Of a stretch of DNA of 64,000 nucleotides, positions 38,014 through 47,285 are shown piece after piece. The position numbers were made by a program, and so were the translations under genes. Location: positions 124,001 through 188,000 of IMG/VR virus record IMGVR_UViG_3300022921_000002; one strand, written 5' to 3'. The notes beneath the pieces are model-generated. The model saw only the letters and a program-made list of their open reading frames with translations, ran no database searches and had not been told where the DNA came from. Position 1 is the first letter of the stretch. Every line of letters begins with the position of its first letter.

Positions 38014-38297
38014 AAACATTTAAACAATATATCTTTGCTGAGCATACACAATGTGGAACACCTGATTGTTGTGGTGAATGTGATACCGCCGTTACCGAAG
38101 GCTCAGAAACCTGGGAAGCTGGATATAAGCGCCGTGTTGTAAAAACAACTGATCCTGACCATAAAGAGGCAGGACATAATTGGCGTATTAAAGGTAAAGA
38201 TAAATCTCATCTTACTATTAAATTATATAAAGAAAAGCCTTCACAACAAGAATTCAATAAACAAATGAAAAGAGTTGCAGGACACGAGTTCGGATGA
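38010..38297 (+). CDS. putative internal head protein with Cys cluster
   Basis: MKTFKQYIFAE; HTQCGTPDCCGEC. Confidence 0.7.
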   Translation: MKTFKQYIFAEHTQCGTPDCCGECDTAVTEGSETWEAGYKRRVVKTTDPDHKEAGHNWRIKGKDKSHLTIKLYKEKPSQQEFNKQMKRVAGHEFG

Positions 38298-38587
38298 AAA
38301 GCTTTAAGCAATATATTTCTGAAGGTATCATGGTTAAACTGATTCGTGGTAAAGGCCAGGATACTTTAAAAATGAAAGACACTAAAGAAAAGAGTTGGGT
38401 TGAATTACGCGGCAAACCTAATTTTGAAACTAAATATGATAAAAGGGATCCGTTACATAAAGCAATTACGGCGCTAGGTAAATCGGCAAGCATATCTGAT
38501 TTTATGAATGGTGATGAAGTAAGTATAAATCCAAACCATCCTGACGGTAAGAAAGCGTTGGCAACTATAAAGAAGTTAATGAAATGA
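38294..38587 (+). CDS. putative internal head protein
   Basis: MKSFKQYISE, close to the T4 capsid-targeting sequence MKTYQEFIAE. Confidence 0.7.
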   Translation: MKSFKQYISEGIMVKLIRGKGQDTLKMKDTKEKSWVELRGKPNFETKYDKRDPLHKAITALGKSASISDFMNGDEVSINPNHPDGKKALATIKKLMK

Positions 38588-38850
38588 AAACATTTAAACA
38601 ACATATGGAAGCAACATACCAAGGTAAAGAGGTTAAGTTAAACAAACCTATGGCGGGTGATGTTGCTAAATCAAAAGTATTCGTTGATCCTGATGGCGAC
38701 GGTGTTGCTAAAAAAGTTAATTTTGGTGACAAGAATATGACAATTAAAAAGCATATTCCAGGTCGACGTAAATCTTTTAGAGCAAGACATAATTGCGATA
38801 ATCCTGGGCCAAAAGATAAGGCACGATATTGGTCTTGTAAAGCCTGGTAA
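38584..38850 (+). CDS. putative internal head protein
   Basis: MKTFKQHMEA; KSFRARHNCD...ARYWSCKAW. Confidence 0.7.
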   Translation: MKTFKQHMEATYQGKEVKLNKPMAGDVAKSKVFVDPDGDGVAKKVNFGDKNMTIKKHIPGRRKSFRARHNCDNPGPKDKARYWSCKAW

Positions 38851-38888
38851 ATATTATAAATAAAACAAACAGCAAATAGAGAAGTAAT

Positions 38889-39233
38889 ATGTATAGTTTT
38901 TCAGAACATAGTCTTATTGAACACGTTGAGGCACATCTCATTGAGAATGATCTTGTACTTGATAATATAGATGACGAACAACTTGACGAAATCATCGGTA
39001 TGGCCGCAAAGGCTGTAGGGGCAGTTGCTAAGGTAGGTGCAAAAGGTGTTCGACGAGCATTAACAAATAAACAAGGTCAATTCCGTTTATCAACTGCTGG
39101 GCGTAATACGGCACGTGCTAATAAAGCAAAACGTATTAATGATAGAGCAAATGCTATCCGTGATAGAAAAACCACAAAGGCGAATATTGACAAGGCCAGA
39201 GAAAACTTACGCAAAGCAAGAGAGGGAAAATAA
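38889..39233 (+). CDS. putative virion protein: acidic pro-part and cationic C-terminus
   Basis: TATAAATA at 38856; EQLDE followed by IIGMAAKAVGAVAKVGAKGVRR. Confidence 0.65.
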   Translation: MYSFSEHSLIEHVEAHLIENDLVLDNIDDEQLDEIIGMAAKAVGAVAKVGAKGVRRALTNKQGQFRLSTAGRNTARANKAKRINDRANAIRDRKTTKANIDKARENLRKAREGK

Positions 39234-39234
39234 A

Positions 39235-39798
39235 ATGGACACGAATACAGTTAGAGAAGCAATTATTGATGCCCTCGGTCGAGTAGGTGAACTCGACGAA
39301 AAGAAAATGGATCCAGTGGGGCAGGCTGACGCAGATATTGATAACGATGGAGACGTTGATAATTCAGATGAATATCTTCACAAACGTCGCAAAGCTATCA
39401 AAAAGGCTATGAAAGAAGAGCAAGAAGCTCGCTTAAATGAAGCAACAGCTATGACTGCTGGGCCAAAAGGTAGCTTAGGCGGAATTGGTAAAAAACCATC
39501 TATGCCTGCTCCTGGAGATAGTAAAAGAACTATTAATGCTCCAAAAGGAACCGCACGTCATCATGCCGATATGGCAGCAAAACATCAGCAGTCAGCTGAG
39601 CATCACGGAAGAAGAGCATCTGAACATGAGGATGAAGGAAATGATGATAAAGCAGATCATCATTATGATAAAATGCAACATCACGATAATGCGGCTGATG
39701 CGCATCAGCATGCACAAGATATGATTAAGAAACACGGTTCCGATCATCCTGAAGCTCAAAAAGCATCTAAAGAAGCTAATAAGCATAAATTATCATAA
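39235..39798 (+). CDS. virion protein with DxDxDGDVD motif and His-rich tail
   Basis: Start at ATG 39235; ELDE, DADIDNDGDVDNSDEYLHKRRKAI, RLNE, His-rich C-terminus. Confidence 0.7.
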   Translation: MDTNTVREAIIDALGRVGELDEKKMDPVGQADADIDNDGDVDNSDEYLHKRRKAIKKAMKEEQEARLNEATAMTAGPKGSLGGIGKKPSMPAPGDSKRTINAPKGTARHHADMAAKHQQSAEHHGRRASEHEDEGNDDKADHHYDKMQHHDNAADAHQHAQDMIKKHGSDHPEAQKASKEANKHKLS

Positions 39799-39835
39799 GA
39801 ATAAATAAGAAACCCAAATAAGGAGATAAAAACAA

Positions 39836-40138
39836 ATGGCACTTTGGGGAAAAACCGACACATTAGCAGATGTTCCAAAATGGTTGGAAGACGACGCTAA
39901 TAATACAAACAAATCAAATGATCGCGACAACGCGGTGTTTGTTGACCTTACAGAAGCTGGAGTTGCAGCTAACAGAGCAAAAGGTTTGACAGGTCCGGGC
40001 TGGTGGTTGTACCACACATCAAATGGCCGTCATTATGCAGAATGCTTGGTACCAATGAAAGTATCCGCGGGAGATGCAGGTGACCTTGGTGTAACAGGTG
40101 ATACTGCTGTTGAAGACTTAATCGTAGCTGATACTTAA
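39836..40138 (+). CDS. putative virion structural protein (MALWG type)
   Basis: AATAAATA late motif, AAGGAG RBS; PGWWLY...GR..AECLV.M. Confidence 0.65.
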   Translation: MALWGKTDTLADVPKWLEDDANNTNKSNDRDNAVFVDLTEAGVAANRAKGLTGPGWWLYHTSNGRHYAECLVPMKVSAGDAGDLGVTGDTAVEDLIVADT

Positions 40139-40154
40139 GTAAAGAAAATATAAT

Positions 40155-40529
40155 ATGAAATTAACAGAATCAACCTTTCTGTTATTTGCCGCAAAACATT
40201 ATGATAATCCACAATGCTCCGACGTATCAGAGTTTGAAGAGGATTTAAAACGTTTTCATTATTTACGAAAACTATTTGGCAGATATAGGCAAGATAAAGA
40301 TTTAAAAGAAAGGTTGATTCTGAATCACCTGATAATCATATATAACGTATTCGGTGAACAAGCAACGAGTATTTTGTTTATGAGACTTTATGAATACCAT
40401 GATTATTTAAAACCGTTTGTTGAATACTTAAACTTCATGCCTACGGTTATTGAATATGATGGGATTATTATACACAAGGATAGTATTGTGTCTGATAAGT
40501 GTATTAAAGAAAAACTCGAAGGAATTTGA
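40155..40529 (+). CDS. conserved T4-like hypothetical protein
   Basis: FLLFAAKHYDNPQC...EFEEDLKRF.YLRKLF.RY...LKERLILNHLI. Confidence 0.75.
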   Translation: MKLTESTFLLFAAKHYDNPQCSDVSEFEEDLKRFHYLRKLFGRYRQDKDLKERLILNHLIIIYNVFGEQATSILFMRLYEYHDYLKPFVEYLNFMPTVIEYDGIIIHKDSIVSDKCIKEKLEGI

Positions 40530-40532
40530 CCC

Positions 40533-41669
40533 ATGGTCGTTGATCTATTTTTAGTTTACCAATTCATCCGCCGTTTGGCTACACCATTTAATAAGTGGGA
40601 AGCATATAAGCAAGGTATTATTGATAAAGATGGTAAAGTATTAATCAAATCAAAAGATTTTACAAAAGGTTCTCAACGTAAAGCGTGGGGAATTTTTGAT
40701 AGAATGATTGCTAACCTTAAAAAGTTGTTGGCAAAGGTACCTGGCGGTAGTTCTCAGTTTGCATCATATGCTGCCGCATTGTTTCTAATTAAAGAATACA
40801 AACATTTTACCGATGAATCATTACTAAATGAAGAATGGACTGATGAACAATTAGATGAATCAATGCATTTATTTCATATTAGATATAATCATTATACCAT
40901 ACTCTCCGAAAATGTCAATGGTTATTTTGATGAACTTGATGAAAAACTTAAAGCATCAGATGATATGGGTGTGTGGGTAAAAGATTTTCAGAAATCAGAT
41001 GCACCACAATTCAAAGGCAAATCTCAAAAGAAAAGACAACAAATGGCCGTTGCTGCAAAGCTTGACGCAATGGATGAAGAATTACAAGAAGGCGCATTTA
41101 AAAGAATAGCACAAGTGCAATCAAATAAAGCAGATCGTATGGCTTCAAACGACAAAAAAGGTTTGGATACGTATAAGAAAAAACCAAAAACTGAAATTAA
41201 AGAAGCTGCTTCTCCACGTTGGAAAAAAGCTGGACCAAACGGCGAAATACAAGCCACTATTGGTGGAAAGAAATATCAAATAGAAAAATCCTTAGATCAC
41301 AATGAACGCCATAAAGGTGAGTGGAAAGTTATGGTTTGGGATAAGCGTAGAAACAGCTGGGAGTGGGAAACCACTGAGTACGGTAAAGCCAACGCTAAAG
41401 ATTGGATTATGGATAGACTAAAAGAATCAGCTACTAATATGCGTAATATAAAACTTGTTAATAAAATCAAGAAGTCTGGTGTTGTAAAATCTGGTTCTAT
41501 GTCACAGAATGATCCCAAAAAATCTGTTGATACAAAACCTGAAATTACAGAAGAAATGCCAGCCAATGCAGTAAGTACCGGTGCAATTGCTAATATGGAT
41601 GCGTCGGGAATTGATAACAAAAAGAAAAAGAAAAAGATTAAGGATATGATGAGGAGAACCCTACAATGA
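40533..41669 (+). CDS. conserved T4-like N-terminal domain fused to additional L/I-x-E-delimited modules
   Basis: DLFLVYQFIRRLATPFNKWEAYKQGIIDKDG; internal ELDE, LQE, IKE, LKE, ITE. Confidence 0.7.
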   Translation: MVVDLFLVYQFIRRLATPFNKWEAYKQGIIDKDGKVLIKSKDFTKGSQRKAWGIFDRMIANLKKLLAKVPGGSSQFASYAAALFLIKEYKHFTDESLLNEEWTDEQLDESMHLFHIRYNHYTILSENVNGYFDELDEKLKASDDMGVWVKDFQKSDAPQFKGKSQKKRQQMAVAAKLDAMDEELQEGAFKRIAQVQSNKADRMASNDKKGLDTYKKKPKTEIKEAASPRWKKAGPNGEIQATIGGKKYQIEKSLDHNERHKGEWKVMVWDKRRNSWEWETTEYGKANAKDWIMDRLKESATNMRNIKLVNKIKKSGVVKSGSMSQNDPKKSVDTKPEITEEMPANAVSTGAIANMDASGIDNKKKKKKIKDMMRRTLQ

Positions 41670-42523
41670 TTACTATAGAGCAATTTAGCGCTATGATCCC
41701 AACTAACAAAGATCCACAACCGTGGTTTGATGCGGCAGTGGAAAAGTTTGATGAATATAACATTAATACTCCAAATAGAATTGCAGGCTTTATGGCACAG
41801 TGTGCTCATGAGTCAGCAGACTTTACACGTTTAACTGAAAACCTTAACTATTCGGAAAAAGCATTGAACTCGGTGTTTAGTCGCTATTTCGGAAAAGGAA
41901 AACGAAATGCTAAAGAATACGCTCGAAACCAGGAAAAGATTGCAAACTATGTCTATCAAGACGAGTTTAGATCCAAGCGAGGAGCTTTGGGAAACACTGA
42001 ACCCGGGGATGGCTGGCTATTTAGGGGTAGAGGTATCAAACAGCTTACGGGCAGAAATAATTACGCGGCTTTTGGAAAGTCCGTTGGAATGTCAGCCGAG
42101 GAAGCTGCAGAATATGTAGCAACACCAAAAGGTGCTATTGAGTCAGCATGCTGGTTCTGGGCATCTAATAAACTCGACAAATATGCCGATAATGGTGATA
42201 ATGTGGGGTTGACAAAAAAGATTAATGGTGGTACAATTGGATTAGATGACCGTAACCGTCGTTGGGAATCAGCCTTAGCCATCCTCGGTGGTGAAATGCC
42301 TGCACCTAAAAAAGCAGCACCTAAGAAAGCTGCAGGTGTGCGTACACTACGCAAAGGTATGAAAGGTGATGACGTTGCTAAAATGCAAAAGGCAATTGGT
42401 GTAGGAGCTGATGGCGATTTTGGATTTGGAACTCTTACTGCTGTTAAAAAATGGCAAAAGATGAACGGATTGGTTGCAGATGGTATTGTAGGTCCTGCTA
42501 CACAAGCAAAGATGTTTAAATAA
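41666..42523 (+). CDS. endolysin: GH19 catalytic domain plus C-terminal peptidoglycan-binding domain
   Basis: AQCAHES..F..L.ENLNYS, FRGRG.KQLTGRNNY, TKKINGG..GL.DR; LRKGMKGDDV..MQ...DG.VGP.T. Confidence 0.9.
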   Translation: MITIEQFSAMIPTNKDPQPWFDAAVEKFDEYNINTPNRIAGFMAQCAHESADFTRLTENLNYSEKALNSVFSRYFGKGKRNAKEYARNQEKIANYVYQDEFRSKRGALGNTEPGDGWLFRGRGIKQLTGRNNYAAFGKSVGMSAEEAAEYVATPKGAIESACWFWASNKLDKYADNGDNVGLTKKINGGTIGLDDRNRRWESALAILGGEMPAPKKAAPKKAAGVRTLRKGMKGDDVAKMQKAIGVGADGDFGFGTLTAVKKWQKMNGLVADGIVGPATQAKMFK

Positions 42524-42560
42524 ATAAATAAATGACGGAATTAAACAAAGGAGACACAAA

Positions 42561-42773
42561 ATGTCACTAGAGAAAATTGTAGAAGCGGCAATGTCTGAAA
42601 AGCCATTGGATCTGAAAGAAGCATTTGAAGCTGAAGTTGAAGAGCGTATTATGGCTGCATTGGCAGAGAAATACAAAAAAGCAATGGAAGCAAAAGATGA
42701 AGACGACGACGATGAAGATGATGACGATGAGGACGAAGATGATGATGACGATGAGGACGAAGACGAAAAGTAA
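42561..42773 (+). CDS. prohead core protein gp67-like (acidic tail)
   Basis: IVEA...DL..AF...RI helix followed by a pure D/E tail, as recalled for T4 gp67. Confidence 0.55.
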   Translation: MSLEKIVEAAMSEKPLDLKEAFEAEVEERIMAALAEKYKKAMEAKDEDDDDEDDDDEDEDDDDDEDEDEK

Positions 42774-42786
42774 GTCTTCTTAACAT

Positions 42787-43236
42787 ATGGCAAAACTATA
42801 TCTGTTACTTATTGTCTGTGGTTTAATTGGTGGTGTAGGATATGGTGCTAAATCATATTATGAATGGTCGGAAGCAACCATTTCAACACTTCGTACTAAT
42901 AACGTTCAATTAGCATCTGCGGCGGAAACTCTACAAAATACTGTAGACACAATGGCCGCAGATGCAGAACGTAACGAAAAACTCAATCAAAACCTGACAG
43001 CGCAACTAAATGAATCACGAGAGTATTTAAATACTTTGCGTGCTAAATTTGCGCGAATTGATTTAACTATGGAAGCGCTAACTGACGCGCAAAATTTGGA
43101 AGAAAGGGTAAACAATGCTGTTGAAAGACTTATCAGTGATATTGCCGATGAAACTACTCCTCCTAGTGCTGTTGATGATACTCCTAACAGCATGCTCGGG
43201 GAGGACAGTGGAACCGACAGTAGTAACGTCGACTGA
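42787..43236 (+). CDS. inner-membrane spanin (Rz-like)
   Basis: N-terminal TM helix plus long coiled coil; overlaps a lipoprotein gene. Confidence 0.7.
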   Translation: MAKLYLLLIVCGLIGGVGYGAKSYYEWSEATISTLRTNNVQLASAAETLQNTVDTMAADAERNEKLNQNLTAQLNESREYLNTLRAKFARIDLTMEALTDAQNLEERVNNAVERLISDIADETTPPSAVDDTPNSMLGEDSGTDSSNVD

Positions 43237-43492
43237 ATACATCCAGCAAAACATTCCTATTCAAGGTAGGCCGGCTAAAGTAGATTTTCCGCCTGTAGAT
43301 TGGTATGTTATCACCGAAGAAAATTTGGAAGAAAAGATTGATGAAATTGAAGCTCAACAAGGATCTGTTGTTGTTTTTGCTGTAACATCAAAAGGATACG
43401 AAAATCTTGCATTAGGTATTGCTGAATTGCGTCGCTATATTAATGAACAAAAAGCGATAATTGTGTACTACGAGGAAGCATTAAAAGAATAA
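43148..43492 (+). CDS. outer-membrane spanin lipoprotein (Rz1-like)
   Basis: MKLLLLVLLMILLTA-C lipobox; overlaps the Rz 3' end in another frame. Confidence 0.72.
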   Translation: MKLLLLVLLMILLTACSGRTVEPTVVTSTEYIQQNIPIQGRPAKVDFPPVDWYVITEENLEEKIDEIEAQQGSVVVFAVTSKGYENLALGIAELRRYINEQKAIIVYYEEALKE

Positions 43493-43605
43493 ATATTGAC
43501 AATACTATAGATTTGTGATACATTTAAGGGGAGCATAGTGTTTGTTTTCTTTTTTTATTTAATCACAGGTGATTTGCAGGCACCTAAAGTAAAAAGGCTA
43601 GAAAA

Positions 43606-44094
43606 TTGGCACAATCTAATTGGGAAACAGATATCGCCCTAATAAAATCGGATATCAAGCAAATACAAAAATTCTTTAACAGAGTTGAAGATTCTATGGA
43701 CATGATGGCAGAACTGTCTAAAAACGTTGCTGTTCAAAATGAAGTCCTAGATAACACTAAAGATAAGTTAGATGATGTTGAAAAGCTGTGCGAAGAAACA
43801 AAACGCACCGATGAACTACGCATGAATGTTTTAAGTGATAGACTTGAAGAGTATAGACGATCTTCAAGAGAGGATCATCAACGTTTAGCAGATCATAATG
43901 CAGATAAGCGAAATAACCACGTCAAAGAAATATTAGACAAAATTGACAACATGGAAAAATCAGTACATCAAAGAATTAACGACCAACAAAAAAAGATCAA
44001 TCATCTTGAGAACTGGCGTTATTATATGATGGGTATTGGAGCTGTTGTTTTAATTTTCATTGCGAGAGTAAATTGGCCAGAATTATTTGGTTGA
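43606..44094 (+). CDS. coiled-coil protein with C-terminal TM helix (holin/XhlA-like candidate)
   Basis: TTG start; heptad repeats; YMMGIGAVVLIFIA C-terminal anchor. Confidence 0.5.
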   Translation: MAQSNWETDIALIKSDIKQIQKFFNRVEDSMDMMAELSKNVAVQNEVLDNTKDKLDDVEKLCEETKRTDELRMNVLSDRLEEYRRSSREDHQRLADHNADKRNNHVKEILDKIDNMEKSVHQRINDQQKKINHLENWRYYMMGIGAVVLIFIARVNWPELFG

Positions 44095-44151
44095 CAAACC
44101 TTTAAATCTGTAATATTATAGATTTATACATTAACAATTGAGCTTTATATT

Positions 44152-45168
44152 ATGGTTGACTTTACAGAGCTGAAGTATGCCCAGATGTTATCTGGCCGAC
44201 TCGAAAACTTCAGAATACGCAACACCAATCCTTACAAAATCAACTTTCGTTGTCCCATATGTGGAGACAGTCAAAAGTCACGTTCAAAATCACGTGGGTG
44301 GTTACTCGAGTCAAAAAATACGTTTCACTTCTATTGTCATAACTGTGCTTCAAGCCAAAGCTTTTCATTCTTTTTGAAAGGTCAGGATCAAGTATTGTAT
44401 AATGACTATATAGCTGAAAAGTTTGTTGCGAATACTCATTCAAAATCTACTAAGGATGATGATAATACCGAACAGTTTAAAACTAAGGCACCAACCTTTA
44501 ATAAGACTAACCCGCTATCAAAGATTAAAAAGGTTAGTCAACTAAAGTTCGACCACCCAGTCAAAAAATATATACAGCAACGGCAAATACCACCTCACCA
44601 ACATTATCGTTTGTATTATGCTCCTAAGTTTAAAACATGGATTAATAGTGTAATACCAAACAAGTTTGAAAATGTTGGTAAAGATGAGCCACGCCTAATC
44701 ATACCTTTTCTTGATAAGAACGGTAAATGTTTTGGCGTATCAGCTCGTGGGTTTAGTGATTACGGAATGCGTTATATAACTATTATGTTTGAGGACAGAC
44801 CTAAGATATTTGGCCTTGACAAAGTAGACTTCAATGATGTATATTATATTACAGAAGGTGCAATTGATTCTTTCTTTTTACAGAATGCTGTAGCAATGGC
44901 AGGCGCCGAAGGTAATACAAAAGGTGTTGATAATACTGATAATGCCGTATTTGTTTTTGATGCTGAACCACGTAATAAAGAAATACACAAGCGTATGGAA
45001 AAGGTAATTGAGGCAGGTCTTGGTATCTGTATTTGGCCAAGTAATTTGCCGGGCAAAGACATTAATGAAATGGTTCTTGAAGGTATAAATGCCGAAAAGG
45101 TAATCGAAGAAAACACATATAGAGGCTTAACTGCAAAATTAAAATTTGCTGATTGGCGTAAAACATAG
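44152..45168 (+). CDS. 61: DNA primase gp61
   Basis: NFRCPICGDS, FYCHNC, YITEGAIDS, FDAE, KDINEM. Confidence 0.95.
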   Translation: MVDFTELKYAQMLSGRLENFRIRNTNPYKINFRCPICGDSQKSRSKSRGWLLESKNTFHFYCHNCASSQSFSFFLKGQDQVLYNDYIAEKFVANTHSKSTKDDDNTEQFKTKAPTFNKTNPLSKIKKVSQLKFDHPVKKYIQQRQIPPHQHYRLYYAPKFKTWINSVIPNKFENVGKDEPRLIIPFLDKNGKCFGVSARGFSDYGMRYITIMFEDRPKIFGLDKVDFNDVYYITEGAIDSFFLQNAVAMAGAEGNTKGVDNTDNAVFVFDAEPRNKEIHKRMEKVIEAGLGICIWPSNLPGKDINEMVLEGINAEKVIEENTYRGLTAKLKFADWRKT

Positions 45169-45178
45169 AGGAACTAAA

Positions 45179-45847
45179 ATGAAAACCAGACTTATTGGAT
45201 ATACTCAACCTGTAGAAGGTGAAATCATTGGACTTGATAATGTTCAAGATTTGATTGCATACTGTGCTCGAGTATCAAACCCGAGTAATCAATTGAACCA
45301 AGAAACGGCACCTAAGTTGCTATCCTATCTTGCAAAGCATGCTCATTGGTCACCATTTGAAATGGCAAATGCGACATTAGAAATTGAAACAACGCGGGAT
45401 ATTGCGCGTCAGATGTTACGTCACCGTTCGTTTGCCTTTCAAGAATTTAGTCAACGATACGCCGATCCGAGAGATATGGATAACACTTTTGTAATGCGTG
45501 AAGCACGTCTACAGGATCTCAAAAACCGTCAGAACAGCATTGACTCAGATGATGAACGGTTGCAAATGATGTGGGAATCAAAGCAAGGTGAAGTTATCCG
45601 TGCTGCAAAGGATGCATACAATTGGGCCATTGAAAACGGTATTGCAAAAGAACAGGCACGTGCTGTATTACCCGAAGGTAATACCATTTCTCGTTTGTAT
45701 ATGCAAGGTTCTATTCGTTCATGGATCCATTATATTGAACTGCGTTCAGCAAACGGAACTCAAAAAGAACATATGGAAATTGCCCGTGAAGTTGCTTGCG
45801 CTATATCCAAAATATTTCCAGTGATTGATACTTATGTCCAAAAATAA
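45179..45847 (+). CDS. thyX: flavin-dependent thymidylate synthase
   Basis: HWSPFE, RQMLRHRSFAFQEFSQRY, KEQARAVLP; start ATG 45179. Confidence 0.95.
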   Translation: MKTRLIGYTQPVEGEIIGLDNVQDLIAYCARVSNPSNQLNQETAPKLLSYLAKHAHWSPFEMANATLEIETTRDIARQMLRHRSFAFQEFSQRYADPRDMDNTFVMREARLQDLKNRQNSIDSDDERLQMMWESKQGEVIRAAKDAYNWAIENGIAKEQARAVLPEGNTISRLYMQGSIRSWIHYIELRSANGTQKEHMEIAREVACAISKIFPVIDTYVQK

Positions 45848-45998
45848 ATATTTTTATATACCGGAAAATGGTTTCTGGAATGATAAATATGAGTACCATG
45901 GCAATCTATGGTAAGAATAATCCCTATTAGCACAAAATATGCCACATCCTCAAGGTGCGGTTTTTCTGTCCTTAACACATACGAAAGAGGTTCACCGA

Positions 45999-47273
45999 AT
46001 GTTTGACTCCCGAGCACTACCTAAAGATATAGTAAATTACGTTATTAAACGTGACGGATCAACAAAGAGTTTTGATTCAAGTAAGATTGCATATGCGGTT
46101 AATAATGCTATGAAAGCAATTGGTATTCGAGCAAAATCCTTACCTGGTGAAATTGCATTTGAAGTTACAAAAAGTATTAACGAAGATGCTGAGGATGTTA
46201 TTGTTGATGTTGATACAGTACACAAAACAGTTGAGAACGTGATGATGGATATGGGATTACACGACTTAGCTCGTGAGTATATCCTTTTTCGTTTTAACAA
46301 CCAACCTGACATTTTCCGTAAACGTACAAACCTTAAACCATATGAGTATCCGCAACTCGTTGAGTATACTGATGCTATCCGACATTCATATTGGGTACAT
46401 ACCGAGTTTAATTATTCGTCCGATATCCAGGATATGAAAGTGCGTATGACTGAGTCTGAGGTTGATATTGTTAAAAAAGCAATGCTTGCTATCTCACAAA
46501 TTGAGGTACAGGTAAAAACATTTTGGGCAAAGATTGGTGATAAATTTCCTAAGCCTGAAGTACAAGGTGTTGGTGTAACATTTGGTGAATCAGAAGTACG
46601 CCATGCCGATGCCTATTCTAATCTCATTGAAATTATGGGTCTCAATGATGAATTTGAAAAGGTTGTAGAAATTCCTGCAATGAAAAAACGCATTGCCTAT
46701 CTTGAGCAATCAATTGCAGCACCTGTTGATAATAAGGATTACTTCCATAAGATTATCCTATTCTCAATGTTTGTTGAAAACGTATCACTGTTTTCACAAT
46801 TTCTAATTATGATGGCGTTTAATAAACATAGAAATTTACTTAAAGGTATTTCTAATGCTGTTGAGGCAACATCAAAAGAAGAAGATATCCATGCTCGTTT
46901 CGGATTTGAGCTTGTAAACATTATCCGTGAAGAAAATCCTGATTGGTTTGACAAAGATAGTATTGCTGAAGTCAACCGCCTGTGCCGTGATGCATTTAAA
47001 GCAGAGTCTGCAATTGTTGATTGGATCTATGGTGATGCCGATCTCGATTTTCTACCTAAAGCGACTGTCAAAGAATTCCTAAAGCATCGTTTCAATCAAT
47101 CATTAAAGGCAATTGATATGAAGCCTTTATATGATGTTGACGAGGAAGCCGTAAAGAGTACTGATTGGTTTGTTGAAGAAATTTTGAGTACAAAGAATAT
47201 TGACTTCTTTGTTAAACGCTCAACTGCATATTCAAAGAAAACCAAGGCATTCACCGAAGATGATTTATTTTAA
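45999..47273 (+). CDS. nrdB: class I ribonucleotide reductase beta subunit with N-terminal ATP cone
   Basis: VIKRDGSTKSFDSSKI ATP cone; SQIEVQVK, ESEVRHADAY, FVEN, KEEDIH. Confidence 0.92.
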   Translation: MFDSRALPKDIVNYVIKRDGSTKSFDSSKIAYAVNNAMKAIGIRAKSLPGEIAFEVTKSINEDAEDVIVDVDTVHKTVENVMMDMGLHDLAREYILFRFNNQPDIFRKRTNLKPYEYPQLVEYTDAIRHSYWVHTEFNYSSDIQDMKVRMTESEVDIVKKAMLAISQIEVQVKTFWAKIGDKFPKPEVQGVGVTFGESEVRHADAYSNLIEIMGLNDEFEKVVEIPAMKKRIAYLEQSIAAPVDNKDYFHKIILFSMFVENVSLFSQFLIMMAFNKHRNLLKGISNAVEATSKEEDIHARFGFELVNIIREENPDWFDKDSIAEVNRLCRDAFKAESAIVDWIYGDADLDFLPKATVKEFLKHRFNQSLKAIDMKPLYDVDEEAVKSTDWFVEEILSTKNIDFFVKRSTAYSKKTKAFTEDDLF

Positions 47274-47285
47274 AAGGAAAACACT

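Noticed and set aside
42693-42770. Short tandem repeats as a possible CRISPR array or VNTR
   Set aside because: Trinucleotide Asp/Glu coding repeat; no repeat-spacer structure anywhere in the window.
42347-42793. Minus-strand poly-Ser ORF
   Set aside because: Antisense shadow of the GAT/GAC/GAA repeat encoding the acidic tail of 42561-42773.
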